Of a DNA stretch of 64,000 nucleotides, positions 46,001-58,320 are shown in pieces; within the stretch, counting starts at the first letter, position 1, and every line of letters begins with the position of its first letter. The DNA comes from Podarcis erhardii (lineage: Eukaryota). A program made the position numbers and the translations under genes. The stretch is taken from NCBI GenBank assembly GCA_964252035.1, contig OZ176209.1. One strand, given 5' to 3'. The notes beneath the pieces are model-generated. The model saw only the letters and a program-made list of their open reading frames with translations. It was not told where the DNA came from and ran no database searches.

Positions 46001-49000
46001 CCTCTGAAAATGTGTAGAAGTCAGAGGGTGGGGTCCAGGAGACCTATGGAGATCTTGCTTCCCCCCTCCATGCATTACATCTACAGATGAAGGATAGGCA
46101 AGGCTAGATCTAGTGAAGTACTGCATCAAACCCATCCCTTGTAGTCTGTGCAATATACAGACCCTCCCTCTGCAAGCATCTGGCCAGTTATGACACCTGG
46201 CATTATGCTAATGGACTAAAGACAACATTTGGGACAGATCAGAAAGACAAGCTAATATTTTGCAGATGCAAAAAGTAAACTTGGAGAACAGTAAAGGGAA
46301 ACCAGTTTTTCTTCAAAAACAAAAACAAAAGAGAACCCTCTTCAGCTGTAAAAGCACGGCTGCTAACAGAAACAAATCTCCCTTAATAGTTTTCATTTGC
46401 TTAGCACCAGCCAATTCAGAAATATAATTCACTGCCCACAGTTTTACATAGACAGGGGCTCCCCCATGTTCTTAAACAAAGGAGAAAAATAGGGCCACCT
46501 TTGTTCTGTGCATGACACGCAGGACCTGGATCTCAGCCACTACAGCTAATTTCTTTCTTGAAACCAGTTATCAAAACGCCCACATGTTATTAAGCCTATT
46601 ATGATGAAGTACAAAAGGAAACTCAGTCTGTACGTGACCTTGTTTAGCAAGAAGGGAAAAGCTGTAGCATGTCCTTCAAGAATGACATTTTACCTCCTGT
46701 AAAGGTCCCGCAGGGGTCAGGGATTGGACTGCATCATGCCTCAGCTTCCTTAAGTGGAGCAGTTTCTCACGATAATCATTGATGCTTGCTGGCACAAGTT
46801 CAGCTTGAAGCAATATGGCAAATACAGACTGCAGCTCCCCCACGCCCATATCCTTAACAAAAGCAAAAGAGACAGCTGGTGTTACAAGATTTATGTGAAA
46901 CAAAGCTTCGTGGAATCTTGCGAGTTCCCTCACAGCTGTTAGAAGTCAGTTGAGGATCAAATATACCGTATTCACTCGAATTTAATGTGCACCATTTTTG
47001 GCCAAATTACGTTGCAAAAATTACCGTAGGCTGTGCATTAGATTTGATGGTGCATTAGATTTGACTGCAAGCTTGAAAAAAACTGCTTACATAGCAAATA
47101 CTTTTTTGGTTTCAAGGTTTTGAACATTGAAGTGAGCATTAGATTTGATGGTGCATTAAGATTCACATAAATATGGTATCAAAAAATGTACAGCAAAAAC
47201 GGCAAGACAGTAAGAAAACAACAACACACCCAGTGACTGAGCTGTAGTGACACCAAATAATCATTTTCAGCCAGGAAAAATACACCACTCCTCATTTAAA
47301 TTCAAGACATTCCTATTCACAACCACTCCCCTCCAAAAAGACAAATGTCTAAAACTCTTATGTTTCTCCTACACTTTTGCATAACTAACTAAGCCCTCAG
47401 TAAGCAGAAGATCTAAAGCTTAAATTACCTAGAAAAGAAGAGCCTCATAACAACATTCAATGAATTATGTAATAGTAAAACTATAGAATGTTTTATCTAC
47501 CAGTGCAATCTTAGCTACTTAGGCAGCACCCAGACAACATTATTTTACATGAAATATTACCTCACTCCCCACAGGAAGCTGGACATCAAAATGATTTAAA
47601 ATCCTTATTGTCAACAGTCGTACCTATCAAAGGGGAAATCAGATTTCATTACATTTTTCATGTAGGATGCAACTGAAAGGTATTAATTTATCATTTATTT
47701 ACATAAAGTATTTTGCTCCTACTCCTTAGCCAAGAATAAGCTCCCAAAACAACTTACAAATATCTTACAAACATCTTTTAGCCTTAAAATATAAAACATG
47801 TGGCACATAAGTAAAAGAGATTGAGGGGGGAGAAGGAAAAAAGTGAACTTGTTTTCTTTGAACGACCACTGGAATGGAAGTTCATAGGAAAGAGGAGCCT
47901 AAATCGGCTGGTCTCTCAACTGAGGGGATGGAGAAGCCTGCAGTCCTATGACAGACGCTCCCTGACCAGCTTCTCCATTAAGGAATTCTACCTCAAGAGT
48001 AGCTGTTTGGAAACACAATGCATTCAGCAAGAAACTGTTAGAAAATAAATGTTACCTTGGATACACTGCTTGAAATATTGGCTTGCAATTTTAAAAGCAA
48101 TTCCATCAGACTCTCTTGGGAAAGGTGTTTATAGTACCCACACAATGCCAATCTTGTACAATAGAGATCAGCCAACAGCAAGGCAGATGGGTCTGAAGGA
48201 AATGCCCTGGGGAAAAGAGGCATGTTACTATCAGTCAATATATAATTAAATACAGTGGTACCCCTAGTTGCGTTCACCTCCGGTAACGTATCCTTCAGGA
48301 TACATACGTGGCAAACCTGGAAGTATTTTTACGGGTTTTGTAGTGCATGCATGTGCAGAAGCATTCTATGCGCCACACACATGCACAGAAGCGCTAAACC
48401 GCGCTGTGCACATGCGCAGAAGCAGCACCTCCGGTTGAGAATTCCTCAGGATGCAGCCGGACCCCCAGAACAGATCCTGTTCGCAACCAGAGGTACCACT
48501 GTATAAGCAAAAATGGATGAGAAGTAAAATATTAATACTTAACGTGTGTGTTATTTGTCTTTAACCTGAAGCAAACTGTTGATCTGGCAATATGGTTAGA
48601 AATACCTCAACCCAATGATTACTACTGGCCAATGCATGCACTCTAAACTTTGGAAAACACAGCATTAAACAAGTACACACAGCCCAACATATTGCTCCAT
48701 TTATAAAAGGCAAACTCCACCTCCCCATTACATACATCAACAAAGTCTTTATGCGTTCCACTGGTAACAGATCTAGAATTTCCAAGGATTCTGCTAAACT
48801 AAGCAGTGTGCTCACAGCTTGGCAGACCACAAACAGGCTTCCTGGGAAAACAAAACAGGAAAAAGTTATATATTAATCCATACTTTGTGACCACACCCTT
48901 AGGGAGCACTTTAATTTTAAAAAGTCTATACAAAATGCAAAAGACTGGTTGCTTTCCCATGTAATGCTAAATAAAGGTTTGGTGCACCATGAACAAGCTG

Positions 49001-52000
49001 CAATGAGGACTTCTGCAGAGATCGGTTTCACTTTCAAAGAATGCTGGTTTTACCCACCATTGCAGAACAATGAGAAATTACTTTCAACAGCTCACCTTTG
49101 CAAGGTTGTCCTGTCTCAAGAGCAGTGAAGAGATACTCAGCGTAACTTTTAACTTCTGGTAGGATTTTCTCTTTGACAAGCGGCCTGTTAGATACAGAGA
49201 TACAAACTTAACACAGCTGCAGTGAAGTGTATAAGATAAAACCTAGAAAACGTTACGCATCCTTAAGTACTAATTAAATAAAATAAAAATGATGTGTGTG
49301 TTTACTCAGAAGCAAGTCTCAAGTCTCACTAACTTCCATGGAATTTACTTCCACATAAGTGGGTTTAGCCCCCACAAACACACCCAGTGTTTTGACTACC
49401 CAGGGCTAGACTGATTCAAGCATATGTAATCAAACTAGCCATGACACCATTCACACAATTGGCAACTCCATTATTTGCTGCTTTAATGTACCTCTTAGGC
49501 ATGGGGTTTGCTATCTGGATGTGGGGTAGTGGCCTTTAATCCTTTGCCCCCTTTCCATTGCTGTCCCAATCTAGATCATGGCAAATCTCCGCCCCCGCCC
49601 CCCTTCCAATCCAAACTGCAAGTGTCAGGGGCCTACTCTGGCTTGTGACTACAAGAAGGGGCAAAGGGTTAACACTTCCCATACCCACACAGAAGGATCC
49701 CAATCCAGATCAAGCACCCTGAAATTTACTTTTTCAAAGGCAATTGTGTAATGGCTAATTGTGTGATTGCCATTTGAGCTGTTTCGGCCCTAACAATGGT
49801 CCCAATAGCTACTGCAAGGCCTGCAGCTTCAAGTCATTGCTATGCAAACTTCAATTTCTATTTCAACTTGAGAAGGAACTTGAACACCTTTATGAATGAG
49901 CTTGAAGTCAGGTTTCGTTTATTTTAAAATATTTATACCTCGCCTTTGCATATAAAAATTTATATATATATATATAAAACCAAAGAGGAAATCACCAAGT
50001 CAAACAAAACAGCAGGCCAAGGAACATAAACAGTTGGGGGGAAAAGAAATAATTTTTTTAAAAAAGACCTAAGAGGTCTTTTCTAAACAGAGAAGTAGGC
50101 TGGCCCTGCTGTTAGGTAGAATGAGGCAACTGCCTTGAAGTGGCAGGTGCTGAGGGGTGGGGAACAGTGACACAGTGTTGGGAAACAGCACCCCATTTGC
50201 CAAGTGCCTTGCACCTCTTGCAGAGCAATACCCACTGCACCTGAGGCAGGCTGTCTTGCTTGCAACATAGAAGGAAGGTATGGCTGCCAGTACAGTCTGG
50301 AGCCCTTTGTCTCAGGCAGCAAAGCCTCTTGGGCCAACCTTGTAGCAAACGAAGGCAGAAGGCCAAAAAAAGGATGGGAGCAAAACTGATCTCATGGACA
50401 GAGAATTTCAAAGCTTGGGTGTGGCAATAACTATAGCTTGCTGCACTGGCTAACTGGGATTAATTAACTGACAACCTGGTTCTACAGATTCAGTGGATAG
50501 AGCACTATCCTTCACTGTAAATTCCACCCATCTTCAAGTTATCCTACAATTCGTGAAGTAAGATTAATTTTCAGGGCTATTCCAAGTGACTAGGGGCACT
50601 CTTCCTCCTCCCCTCAAAAAACAACAACAACAACAACAACACAAAAAAACCCCTAGCCACAATACTTCAAAATAACGCAACCCAAATAAAGTGGTTGTCA
50701 TGGCAACAGAAGCAACCACTACATAAATGCCCTTGAATACTAATGGGATATGGAAATACAAAACAAGTTTTCATTGTTGCTGTTTTTAACTGTGCATCTT
50801 TGGATTTGAAAAGAGTTCATTTTGATTAATCCTTTACCACAGCTTAAAACTGGGCTGACCAGAAATGCTGGAAATATCGCTTGAGTCAGCAACATATCAA
50901 GGGACAGCAATGAAGCAGTGAGTGGAATCAAGATGTGCCCCAAGATGGTTTGCAGTGTTGCAAAAGATGCAACTATTGGGTCTTTTCTTTCTTTCTTTCT
51001 TGCTTGCTTGCTTTTGGCACACTGTATTCCAGCAAAAGGTTTTAAGATGTGTTACTGCCTCTGTCTTTGTGCTACCAAAATAAAAAATATTTTTAAAAAT
51101 CCTATCACAAAAAGGTGTTGAATCTTTAGAAGAAAGATGCAAAAGTGTTCTTTTCCGGGCCATTTGGGCTTTCCATAGAAGCAGGGTTTTATTTCTATAT
51201 CCTCCAACGTCACAGTAGACACCCCCAGCTCATTTGTTATGAGAGCCTAACATACAGAAGAATAACTGCACTTGTTTGCTTTGATAGAGACTTACAAATC
51301 AGTGACCCTACATGTGGTCTACTTTTATAGAAACAAGTTAGTAAGTAAATGCCTCACATATTCACCTTATGTGAGGAAGTACCACAAGAGCTGCCCAGGG
51401 TTTTGAAAGATCAGCCGTGCTTCTGTTTTCTGGTATCTGAATGCAAGACAGAATGTGATCCAAAACAGTCTTCTGTTCTTTCGCTTCGGTTCTTTTACTT
51501 CGCAACTGTCTTCTATTCAATCTAAAATTAAATCGATTGTATGCTGTTACAACAGATATATAAGATTGCCTGCAGGGATAAGTAATATGTGGCCTCCCAG
51601 ATGTTGCTGGACCACAACTCCTATCATCCCTGACCACTGGGCCATCCATGCTGGTTGAGGGAAATGGGAGACGTCCACACGTTCCCTCGTCCTTGGTATT
51701 TAAAAGTAGCATAGTTTTATGAATCCAAAGTACGTTTCAATACTTAAGTGACCAGAATAGAACATTGCAACCTGCTCCTTTCCCACAGATACAGCTCAAA
51801 AGCAACTGCTCAAGTCACATACCCTTTAGCAGATTCCATAAAAACCAAGGGATACTTCTCAAAGGCCATCGAACCAACTGTGGGAGGTTCTGCTTTCTCT
51901 AGAATGAGTTTAGCCAGAACTGCCAAGGCCTCCTCCTGAACCAGAGCATCTTCTCCACAAATGCAGTGCTCAGCATACTCAAGGAGACTGGGAAGAAATT

Positions 52001-55000
52001 GCTGGAAAGGGAAGGAGACAAGACAAGACAAGGATCACACTAACTTCTTTCTCCTTAAGATGCAGTTCTCAAGCTGCTGAAAAAGGGGTAAACACTTCAC
52101 CTACCTTTTCAAATTGTTCCATTGGAAACATAACTTTAGAAAAATCCCAAAGAGAACGCCTTCCAAATCCACCTCTGAAGATCTATTAAAAAGCACATGA
52201 ACAGTAAATTGAAGTAAATAAAGACCTGGCTCCAGATTCATTGGGATTACTTTGAAGGACAATGGGAAATTCTGATTCCAAAAGATAATCTGCAAAAATC
52301 TGTTTGCTCCCAAAGGAAATTGAGACACAAAACTTACGAATTGGGGAACCACCTTATCTGTGGTGTCTTTTCCAGTATTTACTGCATTAGCGTACAGAAA
52401 AATAGTCACTGATCATGCAAAACTTGCAGACACGCACATCTCTTTAAATGCAGTTGTCAATGAGGCTGCTTGCGTATATGAACCCATGTGTGACAATATG
52501 AAACTACACTCAGACATCTAACTCAGTAATATCTACTCCAACTAAAGATCTCAGGCGGACCTCTTATGCAGTCCTGCCACCAGAGGGATCTGGGAAACCC
52601 TGCCACTTTGCTATGGCTCTCCCCTACGATAGAACTCTCTTCAAGACAGAGCCTCAGATTTTTATGGCAAATAGCTTCCAACTACTACTTTGATCCCAGC
52701 AGTTCAGCTGCTCAGCTGGGAGAAGAGAAACTCTGGCATTTATGCCCAGCTGGATCTGCCTGTATTGGTTGCCAGAAGAAAATAGATTTGTTCCTATTTC
52801 CAGAAGACTATGGGGAAAGTGAGCCTGTTTGCATATATTCAAAGAAAAGGGTAATGTGTGAATCAAGTCTTGCAGACCAGGTGCTCAAAAGTGGACTGTT
52901 CATAATACAGTATTCAACCGAGTCCAGCCTAACATTTTGTTACCTTTTCAACAATTTCTTTGACCAATGCATCAGGCAATAAGACACTCTCATCAAGAAA
53001 CAGAACAGAAATAACTTTAAGCAGAGTATCACAACAGGGCACTGAGAGGTCCGGTGTTTCTATCAGTTTTGTTAACGTCTGTGAAATGAAAATATGAACA
53101 ATTAAAAACACACTTAGAAATTCCAGCAAGAAGAACTAGAATTCCTGTTTCTATCTGAAGTCATGAGTGCTAGAAGCTTTTTGTTGTTTGCTTAAATGAA
53201 ATCTCTGATTTATAAGACTAGTCAGAAGTGACCTGTACAGTATCTATTTTTTTTATGCACCCTGCCTATTTATTGAAGGAGACTCAAAGCTGCTAACGGA
53301 CAGGGGGGAAAAACAGACTAAAACAGACATTTTGTTTTTTTAAAAAACAATAAACATTCAAGCAGCACAAAGAAATATAAGAAATGAGCTGGCAAAATTG
53401 TAGAATTAACCAAAGGCCTTTTCAAAAAGCTGTCCAGGTCTTCATTAGTTACCTAAAACAGTATAGTAGTGGGGCCGAAGACCACAGTTCATCTCATTTG
53501 GAGTCATGCCTATCCCTAAATCTCTTTGATGCCACATTCCTTTGCACTAAGAAGAGTTTGGATTTGATATCCCGCTTTATCACTACCCAAAGGAGTCTCA
53601 AAGCGGCTAACGATCTCCTTTCCCTTCCTCCCCCACAACAAACACTCTGTGAGGTGAGTGGGGCTGAGAGACTTCAGCGAAGTGTGACTAGCCTAAGTTC
53701 ACCCAGCAGTTGCATGTGGAGGAGCAGAGTCGCGAACCCGGTTCACCAGATTACGAGACTACTGCTCTTAACCACTACACCACACTGGCTCCCTTCCTTC
53801 TTGAATAATATCTGACATAGCACAATAATATAGCAAAATAGTCAGTGTTGTAAAAAAAAAAGTGAATCTAGATCAACAATGAATCCATCAGGTTATTAGT
53901 CATAAACCAACAGTTAATCTAGATCAACAGAATTCTTGCCAAGCTGCTGAAACTGACTAATAAATTTCACTCATAGCTGCACCCTCTCTACCACTAGATC
54001 CAAACCCTTGAAATAACCTCAAAGACAAAGCTAAACAATGCTTCCTGTTTTACTTCCACCTTGCTTCATATCCTCTCTCATGCCAGATGTATATGATCTG
54101 TTCTAGCAGAGGAAAGTTTTACTGACCTTACAAACTTCTTCAGGCTGAACAATTTTGGAGCCTTGTGCATATTCTGCTAAGATCAAATACACTTGCAATA
54201 CCCTCTCAATCTGTTCAGAAGCCTCACAGCAGTTGTCCTTCGTTATCTTTTCTTGCAGTTCAAGTATTGATTTCTATGTGGTTGATTAAAAAAAAAAGGT
54301 TTTGCACCCAAAAGTCAGACGTTTCCATAGTTGTTGCTGCTGCTGCTTAAGTACACAAAAGGTTCCTCAAAAAAGTGCAATTCAGTGGTTTATAACCTTA
54401 TTTCTCACCCCTTTACTCAGACCACATGAATGGGACTTCATGAAGAACGGACATCTCAGACAAAATACAAGTTTTGCTTGTTATTTACAATTACAAGCAG
54501 CTTTTTAAAAGCTTTTTAAAGTTTTATATATTAAGGACAGTGTTTTCCCACCCGATTCTACAGGCAACATTGTTAAAATCAATCAGAGTGTGTAACATCA
54601 CTCATTTCTCTGTTGACAACAGTAAAATAACATGGTTCTGGATACCTGCCAGCTCAACACATGACACTCACCACATGACTTTCCCATCTCCTGCCACATA
54701 GCACCATAATTCAAAGGAGGGGAGAGGGTAGAGCCCCTTCCTATTTTAATTAATTACAACTCACTTGCAAGCATCTGAAAAATACACTGAAATGTTCTTT
54801 ATAGATGAATCCAGCAGCTGACTTTGCCATATGTTCGAAAGCTTCACCAACCAAGTTCCAGGAGAGGGTCACTTCTGTTTCTGTAAGTGGCCCCAGCTTT
54901 TTCAGAATTAATGTTATAACCTGGGGGGGGGGGAATTACATGCATCTTTAATGTTTTAAAATAGTTCACATTAAAAATATTTTTTACTCTAACCCTGGTC

Positions 55001-58000
55001 ATAAACTCATTTACTCCTCAATAAATGACTTTCAGCCTAAAGGAGGCTTACTGCTGCTTCATGGCAATCTGATCCTTTATGCAAAATTAGAATTATACAG
55101 GGTGAGTCCTTTAAAAGAGGCTCCGGGGATACAGAGTGCACATGTTCCTCTTTTAAAAGACTCACCCTGTACAACTAGTACAGTTTTCTATCCAAATTTT
55201 TATTTATTTATACATACATACAGTGGTAACTCGGGTTAAGAACTTAATTCGTTCTGGAGGACTGTTCTTAACCTGAAACTGTTCTTAACCTGAAGCACCA
55301 CTTTAGCTAATGGGGCCTCCCGCTTCCACTGCACAATTTCTGTTCTCATCCTGAAGCAAAGTTCTTAACCCAAAGTACTACTTCTGGGTTAGCGGAGTCT
55401 GTAACCTGAAGCGTATGTAACCTGAGGTACCATAGTACATACATACATACTGATTTATTTGTATATACCGCCTTTTCCTCCAAGGATCTCAAGGTGGTGG
55501 TATACATGGTTTTCTCCACTTTATTTCACAACAACCACATGAGGTAGGGTAAGCTGAGAGACAGTGAATTTCCCAAGGTCGCCCAGTGAGCTTCATGAGT
55601 GGGGATTTAAAACCTGTTCTCCCAGGTCATAGAGTCCAACACTAACCATTACACCACATTCCATATATTACACACACACAAACACAGTTTCTCCTTATGG
55701 AAACGGTGCCAAGTATTGACTGATTAAATAATTTTAAAAAAAGAAAAAAGAACTAGAGATATAATATCCTGAAAGTCTTCCTGAAATGTGTGAAATAAAC
55801 TTGCTATTTGTCTATTGAGGGAGGGGGGAATTTAGGGCAAAACAACCTAGACCAATCACCTATGAAAGCAAGTTAAAAATTCACTCCCGAACCAGGCACT
55901 TTATAATTTTCCATTTGCTTCATGCACTTGGATTGATTACCGTTTCAGCACAGGAATGGAACATGTTCCTAACGCCTTTGCATGTCTCAAAAATCAGCTG
56001 TCCGACACCGTCTACTTTTTCTGGGTGCATTTCCAAGTCATGGAACATTACATTTAAGAGAGCATTTTGGTCTGAAACCTAGGAAACAAAATTACAGTTT
56101 GCACCCCTTTTATTTTAATTCATACATACTACATAGAAAGGCTAATTAAAACCCCCTACAATGTATATAAACTAAATGGAAAAAAGTAGATTTCAAGCAC
56201 CATAGCATGTATTAGTTACATACTTTACCTGTCCTTCTCAGGAACTTGGGAGTGTCTTCTGATGTTACACTGATCGAGCTTCCTTTAACATTGAGCTGTC
56301 CATGTTTTACAGACTGATGGCTATTGTGCTGTGGAAACCACCAGTTCCCCAGCAGAGTTGCTATCAGTTCAAACAGACAAGCCTTTTACCCATGAGCAGC
56401 TAGTAATGCAAGCCAAGAGCAAAAATCTCCCCAGTGGCAACCATATTGCCAGAACGTAATATAAACCAGTGAGGTGCCCAAAGCCATTAACTGACCAGCC
56501 TAAAAGGTCCAGCTTAAATAGCATCCTAACAATAAAGTAAAGGAGTGCACTATCTCAAAGAGAAAACACAAAGGTGATAGGTGCAAGAGGATCTGTTTAC
56601 AAACTGGTCATCAGATTTCCCAATACATTTCAAACATTTGTGTTCTTCAGGGGAAGTGGTTCAGCATTTGACCAGTAAACTAATGTCAGAAAAGTTACAC
56701 CAAGTTTTGCTTTTTCTTATTATTCTGCTATGTGGTATAGTTGGACATTGCACCAGTTACTAAGAACATTACAGTTACCGTCACTGTTCTACAACAAGCA
56801 GAAAAATCTAACCTACCTAGTGCCTTCTACCTAGTGCCATGTTTAATACATGGCATCTCCATTTAAAAAAGGGGTGTGTCAGGGAACGTGAGACAGGAAA
56901 AACCTCAGAGAGCTGCTACTAGTTAAAGATAACAATGCTGGCTAGATGGTCTCACTCCCTGGCTTTATTCGCATGTCACAATAAACTATAGCTAATGGCT
57001 TACCCCGACTGCACCTTACTGGTCTGTTTGTTTACTCTCTTGGTCTAACTAGCATGGAGGATAAAAACGGCTTAGTATTCTGTCAAACCAGGAATTGTGG
57101 TTTGTTTCATTCCTAAAAAAACACACCCCACAACCAGTAGCAAAGGTTTGTTATTGACTCACTGGTTTTGCAAACCACAATCCATGGTTTGGGTGCAGTG
57201 CTGAGTCAGGGATCATGGTTTGTTGTTTCCACTAAGGGAGAACACAGCCCAGAAAGGCACACCCATGACAAATCATTGCCTATTGTTTACCGTGACATAC
57301 AAAGTGAGCCACTATAAAGCAGTTTCATAGGTACACTGAACTAAATGGATGACAGTCATTTCCTTCAAACTAGAGATGCCTAGTAACACTTTGTATTATG
57401 TTAAATATTAAAGCTGCAGTGGTAAACTTGATTTGAACAGAAGGCACTTCTCTTTTTACACTCTCCTGCCCCCGCCCCAACATCACTTACCTTCCTCATC
57501 AGAAAGGTGAAGCTTTCTGCTGCAAAATTTCTGATGTGCTCTTTATGGTGAGCCAACAAGGTGCTGTACAATCTGCAAGTACAACATTCAAACATACAAA
57601 TATAAAAATAAAAGCCATGCAGGATCAATTCATTTCTCCAACAATGCTTCCTAGAATCCATTGTCAGACACAAAACAAATTTATTAACATATACCTCAGA
57701 TTAAGTACTTAATTCGTTCCGGAGGTCCGTACTTAACCTGAAACTGTTCTTAACCTGAAGACCACTTTAGCTAATGGGGCCGCCTGCTGCTGCCGCGCCG
57801 CTGGAGCACGATTTCTGTTCTCATCCTGAAGCAAAGTTCTTAACCTGAAGCACTATTTCTGGGTTAGCAGAGTCTGTAACCTGAAGCGTATGTAACCTGA
57901 AGCGTATGTAACCCGAGGTACCACTGTATTTTATACTGATTTAATCATGGCCATAGCTCAGTGGTAGAACATGTATACAGAGCCTTGCAGATAAACCAAT

Positions 58001-58287
58001 AGTAAACATGATAGGCATTCTTGCTTCCCTTACTACACTGCCCAATGAACATAGCATTTTCTTCTTAGTAAATTTAGAAGAGGGAAAGAAATAGGCTGCC
58101 GTTGTGTGCACACAGAATCAGGGCCACTAACTATCACACTATAAAAATCTATAAGAAGCTATAAGAATCAGAGCTAAAAGGGACCAAAAGCTTTTCTAGT
58201 CTAACTCAAATAAAGAAGAGTTTATTTGCTTATTTTGCAAATGATGCAGAATAAGACTCGTGTACTGGCCATGTTGTTGTTGTTGTT

Positions 58288-58320
<33 letters not shown>

